DNA from: Spirochaetota bacterium
GTDB lineage: Bacteria > Spirochaetota > Spirochaetia > SZUA-6
Direction of reading: 5' to 3'
Length of the DNA stretch: 44,206 nucleotides
Assembly (NCBI GenBank): GCA_013151965.1
Contig: JAADHF010000089.1
Location: 1-44,206, forward strand
The notes beneath the pieces are model-generated. The model did no database searches. It was given only the letters and a program-made list of their open reading frames with translations, and had not been told where the DNA came from. Below are positions 37,163 to 44,206 of the stretch, piece by piece (positions within the stretch are counted from its first letter, which is position 1; each line of letters starts with the position of its first letter). Both the position numbers and the translations under genes were made by a program.

Positions 37163-37672
37163 TTAGATATTTACACCTTCGATTGACAGAAGGTATCTCT
37201 TGCGTTCCACGCCTCCGCCGTAGCTGCCGATTTTACCGGATGCTTTAATAACCCTGTGGCATGGTATAATGATAGAAACACGGTTGCTACCCACAGCGGT
37301 ACCTGCGGCCCTGCAGGCACGGGGATGCCCGATTCTATGTGCAATACTGCCGTAACTTTCTACCCTGCCGCAGGGGATTTCCTTAAGCGCATTCCATACC
37401 GCCATCTGAAAATCAGTTCCCGCGACCGAAACCGGTATACTGAAACTCTTTCTTCTTCCGGCAAAATATTCATCAAGCTCTTTTTTTAGTAAATCCGCTT
37501 TCCCGTTTTCACCGGCAGGTAATATTTTTATATTTCGAAACAGCCGGTTCCAATCACCGGCACAGTCCTTAAAACCAAGATAAACAACACTTCCCTGTTC
37601 CGTCAGAATAAAATCGATAATACCCGCCGGTGATTTATACGTTCCGCTATAATAATTTATATCTTTACACAT
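37163..37672 (-). CDS. ogt: Methylated-DNA-protein-cysteine methyltransferase; start trimmed to Met at 37672 (ORF track extends to 37708)
   Basis: Active-site motif IPCHRVI and a helix-turn-helix region. Length 169 aa. Confidence 0.8.
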   Translation of the reverse strand: MCKDINYYSGTYKSPAGIIDFILTEQGSVVYLGFKDCAGDWNRLFRNIKILPAGENGKADLLKKELDEYFAGRRKSFSIPVSVAGTDFQMAVWNALKEIPCGRVESYGSIAHRIGHPRACRAAGTAVGSNRVSIIIPCHRVIKASGKIGSYGGGVERKRYLLSIEGVNI

Positions 37673-37677
37673 ATCTC

Positions 37678-38811
37678 TTAATAACGGTAGCGGAAACCTG
37701 CACTGCACGATATCCCGCCGTTTCTATTCCACCCCCATATACCGCCCGATTCTCCGAACTGCAGTCCGGCCTGAACCATTATATCCAATCCCTGGTATAC
37801 ATTCCAGCCTGTTCCCGCAAAAACAATTCCCGACAGATCGATCAACGAAATGAGCGACCGTACACTGAAATTCAGAGCCGTATCCGGAGCATAGCTGAGC
37901 TCCGGGTAGAGAAAAATACCGTAACCGGGATCAGATCCCGCAGAGGCAGTTTCTGTCTGCGTCCAGAGCCCGTAAGGCATAACTCTGGTTTCCATTCTTA
38001 CCGTTACAATACCCCCGGCCTGTACACTTATCTGTCTCATGAAGCCGGCCGTAATTGTAAGACTATCCTTCACTGCATCAACTATAGCAGTAACGGCTCC
38101 TTCCGGTAGAATTACCGAACAGTCCGAATAGATATCTGCAAAAAGGTGCCCCTGAAAACTGATATAGGGTGTTACGGTATTTTTTGTATAGAGACCTCCG
38201 GCCTCTAACTTTATTCCGGCAAGCTGTGTAACAATCCTGCCGCCGTAGCGCGCATTATTCCAATGCACAACAGTGAAAGATGAAGAAGGCGCTGCGGAAC
38301 CGGCGGGAAAAGGCAGTACAATCCCCTCTGCAAAGGAGAAAAGCCCCAGGGGAATATAGATATCTGCAAGCCAGTCCGTTTCCGTCCGAAGCACATCGTA
38401 GGATAAACTCCGCAATAAACCGGCACCTTCAAAGATGATATCCCCTGCATTAAACAGAAAGCCCTCCCCCCAGCTTACCCTGTTTTTACCTGCGGTAATT
38501 CTGAATCCGGGAAAACGTGCCTTTATATATAACCTGGGAATATCAAATTTAACAGTATCCGTGACATACGCAGCAAGCTCCAGGTATCCGCGGACATTCT
38601 TATTACCCGATGATTTTACAATAAGGCTGCTCTGAACGATTCCGGAAATACCGATATCATCATCAATTTTAGTCACACCGGCCATGGCCGTAATCTTCAC
38701 GGTGGTAATTGTCTTTGCATGTACAGAAGGAATAAAATAAATCATGAGAATTAAGAACGTAAACAAAACAGAGAACCTTTTACTTCGTAAAACTTTTAAT
38801 TCCATCACCAT
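37678..38811 (-). CDS. Predicted outer-membrane beta-barrel protein
   Basis: N-terminal signal peptide (FTFLILMIYFIPSVHA). The sequence is rich in alternating hydrophobic/Gly/Thr/Ser residues and ends in the aromatic terminus ...GFRYRY. A 7-nt overlap joins it to the upstream LolA-like gene. Confidence 0.55.
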   Translation of the reverse strand: MVMELKVLRSKRFSVLFTFLILMIYFIPSVHAKTITTVKITAMAGVTKIDDDIGISGIVQSSLIVKSSGNKNVRGYLELAAYVTDTVKFDIPRLYIKARFPGFRITAGKNRVSWGEGFLFNAGDIIFEGAGLLRSLSYDVLRTETDWLADIYIPLGLFSFAEGIVLPFPAGSAAPSSSFTVVHWNNARYGGRIVTQLAGIKLEAGGLYTKNTVTPYISFQGHLFADIYSDCSVILPEGAVTAIVDAVKDSLTITAGFMRQISVQAGGIVTVRMETRVMPYGLWTQTETASAGSDPGYGIFLYPELSYAPDTALNFSVRSLISLIDLSGIVFAGTGWNVYQGLDIMVQAGLQFGESGGIWGWNRNGGISCSAGFRYRY

Positions 38812-39560
38812 GAAAGTTCCTCGAGAGAGAAAATACCGGGGTCAACGGGGACGTCGATCTGAATATTATTAATTATAAATGTCGTTCTGGAATCCTTTTT
38901 CATCCTGTCTTCCATCACAAACCATACGGGAATATTTTTACCCTTGACCTTAATAACCTTCCGTATTTCCATTTCCTTTATAAGCCTCCCGGAAAGTGCA
39001 TAGTAATAGGCCTTTCTCAGTACAAAGAGTTCCGAATCCACCCATAACTTCTCACCCGGATATACGGCCTTTCTATTTTTTGCAGTAAGCTTCAGTGTAT
39101 AACACTCTCTTCCGTTTACGGTTTCCATACCTTCCGCTTCGACATCGTATATATCGAGCAGACCCTTTTCTCCCGTTAAATCTTCATACGAGAAATCCGA
39201 CCCCAGAACAGAATCCCGGAGAGCGCTCCCTTTTAAATGAATGACATCTTCCGCCTCCGGAAAGTAAAGGTAGATTTCATCACCTGCTCTTAATATCTTC
39301 TGTCCGGCTTCTTCGGGATTGGTAAATTCAAGAAGGGTTCTGTCGGTTCCTAGCGAAACCAGTTTAAATGTCTTTTTTCTCTCTCCGAACTTATCGGTTA
39401 TAATAAAGACTCCTTCCAGTCTTGCACTTTTCTGAACCTGGTTGGCTTCCATCTTTTTTATTATTTCTTCTCCCGTAAGATTCCGTGCAAACACGTGCTG
39501 CACCGGTATCAGCGGCAAAAACAGTAATAACAGCACATTCCTGATAACATATTTATTCAT
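38805..39560 (-). CDS. Periplasmic LolA-fold protein (outer-membrane lipoprotein-sorting protein-like)
   Basis: Signal peptide MNKYVIRNVLLLLFLPLIPVQHVFA. At 251 aa with an N-terminal helix followed by a beta-rich body, it resembles the LolA-like family that accompanies FtsX/MacB ABC systems. The family call is from memory of the pattern. Confidence 0.55.
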   Translation of the reverse strand: MNKYVIRNVLLLLFLPLIPVQHVFARNLTGEEIIKKMEANQVQKSARLEGVFIITDKFGERKKTFKLVSLGTDRTLLEFTNPEEAGQKILRAGDEIYLYFPEAEDVIHLKGSALRDSVLGSDFSYEDLTGEKGLLDIYDVEAEGMETVNGRECYTLKLTAKNRKAVYPGEKLWVDSELFVLRKAYYYALSGRLIKEMEIRKVIKVKGKNIPVWFVMEDRMKKDSRTTFIINNIQIDVPVDPGIFSLEELSW

Positions 39561-39606
39561 CTTAAAAACCTCCGTACTTTTAAAAATAAGATATTTTAAG
39601 CCATAA

Positions 39607-39637
39607 GCCCTGCCCGGCCGGCGCGCAGGCCGTCTGC
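39607..39637. promoter_or_regulatory. GC-rich palindromic island in the 100-bp intra-operon gap
   Basis: CCCTGCCCGGCCGGCGCGCAGGCCGTCTGCC contains CCGGCCGG and GCGCGC palindromes. It is embedded in AT-rich spacer between the FtsX permease stop and the LolA-like start. Confidence 0.3.
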
Positions 39638-39660
39638 CTAACCAGGCTATAATTAACAGA

Positions 39661-40890
39661 CTATAAAGCCCTTAATGCTTCCACAGGTTCTATCCGGGCA
39701 GCCCTCCTGGACGGAATAAATGAAGCGAATGACGACACGGCGACTGCGTAGAAGAATACAAGTACAGTCGAACGCATGTCCAATTGCGGATGCAGAACCG
39801 TGGAAATATCAAAATTTATACCCTGCATATACGCACTTAAATCGAGACCGGTTACAGTAAGAGGCAGTATAATTCCAACACCGAGTATCACCCCGGTAAG
39901 TGCGGATATTAGGCTGATAAAAAATGATTCCAGAAAAAACAGACCTACAATTTCGGAGCCTGTCATACCCATTGCAGACATTGTGCCTATCTCACGCATT
40001 CTTTCATAGATTACCATCATTGTTGTATTTATTATCACCGTAGAACCCAGGATAAAAAAGATAAGTGCGATAATTTGATACATTACATCCGCCATCCTGA
40101 TGATGGAGTACCATGTTCCTATGGAGGTCCATGGCACTACCTCGAGAGGCTGTCCGCTGTCTGCAAGTAATTTTTTTATACCGGATACTGTTTCTTTTAA
40201 TCTCGATACGTCTTTTAGCAACAGCAGTATTTCCGTTGCGGAATTATCCATTTTTAAAAACCTCTGGGCAGTATCGATAGGCATATAGAAAAAACTCTTA
40301 TTAAAACTTTCTACCTTAAAACGGACGATACCTGTAATTTTAAATGTCATCCCTGACATCCCCATATACATATTCCTGGAAAGCATTGTAATTTTATCTC
40401 CTGTCCCGACACCCATTTCTTTCGCCAGCCCGGAGGAAAGAATAATTTCACGTTTCCCCGGTGCCGGCAGCCTTCCCTTTACAAGATTCTCTCCGAAATT
40501 CTGAAAATCTTTTTCGAGATTAAAATCGAGCCCGAGTCCGATTCCCCTGTAATCCTTATCATTTCTGTAAATGCTGGTATAAAAGCGTATCCTCGGAGAT
40601 ACGGCAAGGACATTACTATACGCTCTGCATTTCTCTATTACAGACCGGTAATTTTTTATCCTGAGATTTAACGGGTTTAAGCTTTCGTACTCTGTGTAAG
40701 CACTGTTGCGGATTCGAATATTCCCTGTTATATAGTGAAAGATATTGTTTCTCATATCCTGCATCATTCCGCCTTCCAGAGAAAACATGAATACGATAGT
40801 AAACGCTGCAATTACTATCGCTGTTCCGGAAAGTATGCTCCGTCTTTTATTCCTCTTTATATTTCTTAAAGCAATTCTGTATAGTTTCAC
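39661..40890 (-). CDS. ABC transporter permease, FtsX/MacB/LolE-like
   Basis: N-terminus MKLYRIALRNIKRNKRRS. TM1, a roughly 220-aa periplasmic domain, then three C-terminal TM helices. Confidence 0.8.
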   Translation of the reverse strand: MKLYRIALRNIKRNKRRSILSGTAIVIAAFTIVFMFSLEGGMMQDMRNNIFHYITGNIRIRNSAYTEYESLNPLNLRIKNYRSVIEKCRAYSNVLAVSPRIRFYTSIYRNDKDYRGIGLGLDFNLEKDFQNFGENLVKGRLPAPGKREIILSSGLAKEMGVGTGDKITMLSRNMYMGMSGMTFKITGIVRFKVESFNKSFFYMPIDTAQRFLKMDNSATEILLLLKDVSRLKETVSGIKKLLADSGQPLEVVPWTSIGTWYSIIRMADVMYQIIALIFFILGSTVIINTTMMVIYERMREIGTMSAMGMTGSEIVGLFFLESFFISLISALTGVILGVGIILPLTVTGLDLSAYMQGINFDISTVLHPQLDMRSTVLVFFYAVAVSSFASFIPSRRAARIEPVEALRAL

Positions 40891-40912
40891 TTTTTCTTCT
40901 CCTGTTTGATAC

Positions 40913-42148
40913 TTATTGATACTTAAGACAATCCGTAATTTCCATCTTCAGGGCACGGCCTGCAGGAACAAGAGCCGCTAACATCGAGACAATTACACCG
41001 AAAAAGAATGCGTAAACCATTGCTTTTAAATCCCATGCCGCCCTAAAAACACCGGATATCCTGTATCCGATATCCATCTCACCAAGATACGAAGAATAAT
41101 CAAGACCATACTTTACCATAAAGAATGTAAGCAGTGCTCCCAATGCAATACCGGCAGACGAACCGATAAATCCTATGCCGCCTGCTTCGAGGAGAAAGGC
41201 AATCCGTATCGACGAATCTTTCATCCCCATGGCACGCATCATTCCGATTTCACGGACCCTTTCGTACACAGCCATAAGCATCGTATTCGATATACCGACC
41301 ATAGCTATAATAAAGATAAGGAAGAGAAAAACACTTGTTCCTCCCCTTTTCCCTTCGGAGACCGAAACGAAATCTTTTGCAAGTTCTCTCCAACTTTCCA
41401 CCACCAGGCCGGGAAAAGATTTCTCGATTTTGCCGGTTAAAAGAACAAGCTTTTTATCAGGAGACGCCCATTCCGGCATACCCAATGCCACCTCGGTTAC
41501 TCTTCCGCCCATCTCCATTGCTCTGTCCGCCAGAGAAAGAGGAATAAAAGCGGTACCCTTGTTTATCATAGGATTCGGTGAATTAATAATTCCCTTTACC
41601 TCCAGGTCGATAACCTGATAAGCTCCCAATCTTGTCCTGGTCCTGATTGTTACAATATCCCCCAATTTTATATTTAAGTCTCTTGCAAGCCATGCACCTA
41701 CAAGAACTCCGTATTCACCGGGCTTTAAATATTTACCTTTTGTGAGTGTCTCTTTTAACTTAAACACATTTTCATCTGTTTTAGTGTCTATTCCGTACAC
41801 TTTTACAGGCAGCGAACCGGTTTCGTCGAACATCTCGGCAGTAAAGGCTATGCGTTTTGTCCACGAGAAACCGGAATCTTTTATTGTATTCACCAGTGCG
41901 GGTGAAGGTTTAAAACTGTCCTTTAAAGGGAGATAATCGATATTTTTCCAGTAATCCCTGTCCATAATTTTTGCAGCTCCGGTTTCGTACCAGATTAAGT
42001 TCCTCTCCGAATCCTTTTCCGCACCGAGCAGAAAACCATCCACCAGGATGTATAAAGATATGCCTATGGCAATTACAATAACGGTAATTATAGTTCTGCG
42101 CTTATACCTGGAAAGATTCTTCCATGCCAGGGAAACTAAAAATCTCAT
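40913..42148 (-). CDS. ABC transporter permease, FtsX/MacB/LolC-like; start trimmed to MRFLVSLAWKNL at 42148 (ORF track extends to 42253)
   Basis: Same 1+3 TM architecture. The Met at 42148 lies 1 nt after the ATPase stop and has a G-rich SD. The longer ORF would overlap the ATPase by 104 nt. Confidence 0.8.
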   Translation of the reverse strand: MRFLVSLAWKNLSRYKRRTIITVIVIAIGISLYILVDGFLLGAEKDSERNLIWYETGAAKIMDRDYWKNIDYLPLKDSFKPSPALVNTIKDSGFSWTKRIAFTAEMFDETGSLPVKVYGIDTKTDENVFKLKETLTKGKYLKPGEYGVLVGAWLARDLNIKLGDIVTIRTRTRLGAYQVIDLEVKGIINSPNPMINKGTAFIPLSLADRAMEMGGRVTEVALGMPEWASPDKKLVLLTGKIEKSFPGLVVESWRELAKDFVSVSEGKRGGTSVFLFLIFIIAMVGISNTMLMAVYERVREIGMMRAMGMKDSSIRIAFLLEAGGIGFIGSSAGIALGALLTFFMVKYGLDYSSYLGEMDIGYRISGVFRAAWDLKAMVYAFFFGVIVSMLAALVPAGRALKMEITDCLKYQ

Positions 42149-42149
42149 T

Positions 42150-42836
42150 TTAAGTCCCCCCTTTCTTTTTTTCATCCACAATTCTGCCGTCGTGAAGCAT
42201 AACAAGTCTGCGTGCAAAATCCATGACCATCGGATCATGAGTGGAAAATACAAAGATCGTTTTATATTTTCCGTTAAGATTTTCCATAAGTTTCAGAATG
42301 TCTTTTCCGGTCGCGGAATCGAGATTTGCCGTCGGCTCATCGGCCAGAACAAGGGCGGGCTCCTTGATCAGGGCACGTGCGATGGCTACCCTCTGCTGCT
42401 GCCCGCCGGATAGTTCTGCGGGAAATCTCTTTTCCATTCCGCCAAGTCCGACTTCGTAAAGTATCGCGAGTGTCCGCTCCTTAAGCTCTTTCTCTCCGGT
42501 CCCAAGAAGTGACAGAGGAAAGGAGACATTTTCGAAGGCGGTGAGAACAGGGATAAGATTAAAAGACTGAAAAACAAAACCTATCTTTTTCCTGCGCAGC
42601 AGAGCAAGCTGTTTTTTACTTTTGGCGGAAACAGGCTCATTATCGATGTATATCTCTCCCGAACTGCACTTATCCAGACACCCTATAAGATTAAGAAGTG
42701 TTGTTTTCCCTGACCCCGAAGGCCCTGCTATGGAGAGAAATTCCCCTGCCTCTATTCCCATAGTAATGCCCCGAAGTGCATTAACAACCGTTTTTCCTGC
42801 CGAATAATCTTTTGTTATATTGGAAACTTTTACCAT
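42150..42836 (-). CDS. ABC transporter ATP-binding protein (MacB/LolD-type)
   Basis: Walker [11 protein letters not shown]-loop, signature [15 protein letters not shown], Walker B LVLADEPT and H-loop STHD. Length 228 aa. Confidence 0.9.
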   Translation of the reverse strand: MVKVSNITKDYSAGKTVVNALRGITMGIEAGEFLSIAGPSGSGKTTLLNLIGCLDKCSSGEIYIDNEPVSAKSKKQLALLRRKKIGFVFQSFNLIPVLTAFENVSFPLSLLGTGEKELKERTLAILYEVGLGGMEKRFPAELSGGQQQRVAIARALIKEPALVLADEPTANLDSATGKDILKLMENLNGKYKTIFVFSTHDPMVMDFARRLVMLHDGRIVDEKKKGGT

Positions 42837-42839
42837 ACA

Positions 42840-43934
42840 CTATTCTCCTTTCCCGCTATTATCTATAGATTTTTTTTCCGCATTCTTAACTAATGCTGCG
42901 GAACCAAGTATGGTGCCCAAAGACATGGATTCTATTGCAGAGGAGGGAAGCAGAATAATAGAACCCTGCTTTTTTAGACCCTCGAATATCATGTTCATTG
43001 CACGCAGGTGCAGGGCTGTGGGATTATTTTTGTATTTTTCGGAAGCTTCCTCGAATTTCTCCGCCACTTCCACCTCTGCCGTTCCAAGAATTACCCGGGA
43101 CATTCGTTCCCGCTCTGCCTGGGCCTGTTTGGACATCGAATCTTCCAGTTCCTTAGGAATAATTATGTCGCTGATTTCGATGGATAGAACCGTTATTCCC
43201 CAGGAATTGGTCTTTGCATCGAGCGCTTTTTGTATCTCCCTGCCAAGGCGTTCTCTTTCCGAAAGCAATTCCGACAGATCATGCCTGCCGATCGCATCAC
43301 GCAACACAGCCTGGGAAGAGAGAATTACAGCCTCCATGAAATCTTCCACTTCGATGACTGCTTTTTTAGCATCCCAGACCATCCAGAAAGCTATTGCATT
43401 TACATTTGTCGGCACCGTATCTTTTGTCAGTGTTGTTTCCGCCCTGAAGTCGGTTGCCCTGATCCTTGTATCCACATACCGTATTACCGAATCCATCATC
43501 GGCAGTATCAGAAACACTCCCGGTCCGTTAAGCGACTTGAACTTCCCAAGACGCAGTACAACAGCTTTTTCCCATTCCCTTGCTATCTGGACAGCAGGCG
43601 CCGCAACAAACCCCAGGGAAAGAAAGATAAAAACAGGATAATAACTTACGGGCAGTCCTATAAACATAGCGATCCAGCTTACTATAATAAGCTTGACAAT
43701 AACATTCCATGCCGGCATGGCTGCTATAACAGCCCCGGCTACAAGCATTCCCAGCACTATATAGACAATGTACAGTGGTTCCACACCGCCGCTTAAGAAA
43801 CTCTGAACAATAATACCGGCTGCAAGAAGCATCGCGAGAATAAAAAAACTCAAGACATTAAAGTGGAAATCCTTCCATAAAATACTTTTGACCTTATTTT
43901 TTATAAGGCTGCTCTGTTTTAATTGTAATTTCAT
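42840..43934 (-). CDS. SPFH/band-7 (stomatin-like) protein with an unusually long, roughly 110-aa N-terminal region of about 4 TM helices
   Basis: SPFH core AVVLRLGKF...PGVFLILPMMD...VVHWN-type segment and a C-terminal coiled coil. There is a 3-nt gap to the ATPase gene. Confidence 0.75.
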   Translation of the reverse strand: MKLQLKQSSLIKNKVKSILWKDFHFNVLSFFILAMLLAAGIIVQSFLSGGVEPLYIVYIVLGMLVAGAVIAAMPAWNVIVKLIIVSWIAMFIGLPVSYYPVFIFLSLGFVAAPAVQIAREWEKAVVLRLGKFKSLNGPGVFLILPMMDSVIRYVDTRIRATDFRAETTLTKDTVPTNVNAIAFWMVWDAKKAVIEVEDFMEAVILSSQAVLRDAIGRHDLSELLSERERLGREIQKALDAKTNSWGITVLSIEISDIIIPKELEDSMSKQAQAERERMSRVILGTAEVEVAEKFEEASEKYKNNPTALHLRAMNMIFEGLKKQGSIILLPSSAIESMSLGTILGSAALVKNAEKKSIDNSGKGE

Positions 43935-44206
43935 GTATTAAACTCCTTTAAATACTCGATTACCTCGTTTAAAGAAAATCCGTACGAGGCTGTTTTTGTA
44001 ATAAATGATTTTGCCAGTTCACTTAAGATCTTCTCCCTTTCCACATCTGTCAGGGTTATCCGCTTGTCACTGACAAAGGTGCCTGTGCCCTGCTGGCTTG
44101 TCGCGATGCCCCGGATTTCAAGTTCATTATACGCTTTTGCAACGGTATTCGGGTTTACCTGCAAAGATACGGCAAGGCTTCGTACGGTGGGGAGCTGATC
44201 CCCGGT
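43931..44206 (-). CDS. GntR-family (YtrA-like) transcriptional regulator, 5'-truncated by the window edge
   Basis: Translating to the edge gives TGDQLPTVRSLAVSLQVNPNTVAKAYNELEIRGIATSQQGTGTFV, the canonical GntR winged-HTH. The listed TTG at 44164 is internal. The short C-terminal tail is typical of the YtrA subfamily. A 4-nt overlap joins it to the SPFH gene. Confidence 0.75.
   Translation of the reverse strand, partial: TGDQLPTVRSLAVSLQVNPNTVAKAYNELEIRGIATSQQGTGTFVSDKRITLTDVEREKILSELAKSFITKTASYGFSLNEVIEYLKEFNT

Noticed and set aside
42149-42253. 104-nt overlap between the long form of the FtsX permease ORF and the ATPase gene
   Set aside because: The internal Met at 42148 gives the standard FtsX N-terminus and sits 1 nt after the ATPase stop, so the overlap is an artefact of the longest-ORF call.
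42820-43796. Plus-strand ORFs of 273 aa and 188 aa
   Set aside because: They are antisense shadows inside the well-supported SPFH gene, with Ser/Arg/Cys-rich nonsense composition.

Overview
This 44.2-kb chromosomal window looks bacterial and probably spirochaete-like. That guess rests on a short 598-aa AlaRS (catalytic and editing domains only), an orphan FliG paralog, moderately AT-rich DNA, and frequent TTG/GTG starts. About 40 genes are packed tightly, with many 1-7 nt gaps or ATGA-type overlaps. Housekeeping content: hisC; a separate hisZ-hisG-hisB block; glpK, asnS, alaS, rlmN, ogt, and an orphan fliG-type gene; a tRNA-Phe(GAA) with its own promoter and terminator. A five-gene minus-strand operon encodes a CUT1-type sugar ABC importer (binding protein plus two permeases), a LacI repressor and a TreT-type trehalose synthase. 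A perfect 12-bp palindrome sits over its promoter. No CRISPR arrays, transposases or integrases were seen.

Three regions deserve a second look:
- 37.6-44.2 kb: a seven-gene minus-strand operon. It encodes a YtrA-type GntR regulator (cut by the window edge), a multi-TM SPFH/stomatin protein, a MacB/LolD-like ATPase, two FtsX permeases, a LolA-fold periplasmic protein and a predicted outer-membrane beta-barrel. A GC-rich palindromic island sits in its only large internal gap. I read this as a candidate envelope-spanning export module.
- 25.7-37.0 kb: a run of large, poorly characterised proteins in alternating orientation. They are a 583-aa AAA+ ATPase with an unknown 320-aa N-domain, an MFS transporter fused to a HEAT-repeat domain, a 1025-aa TM-STAND NTPase-TPR protein, a 518-aa Lys-rich protein, and a DUF362/2x[4Fe-4S] protein.
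- 4.3-5.5 kb: a divergent TK1-like thymidine-kinase homolog with a long insertion and a 120-aa C-terminal extension, translationally coupled to an RND/MMPL exporter.

Smaller oddities: a lipoprotein gene whose only plausible start is an ATA that overlaps the hisC stop and has a perfect SD; a Zn-phospholipase-C-like gene split by one in-frame TGA; tandem 17-bp direct repeats forming a probable leaderless alaS promoter.
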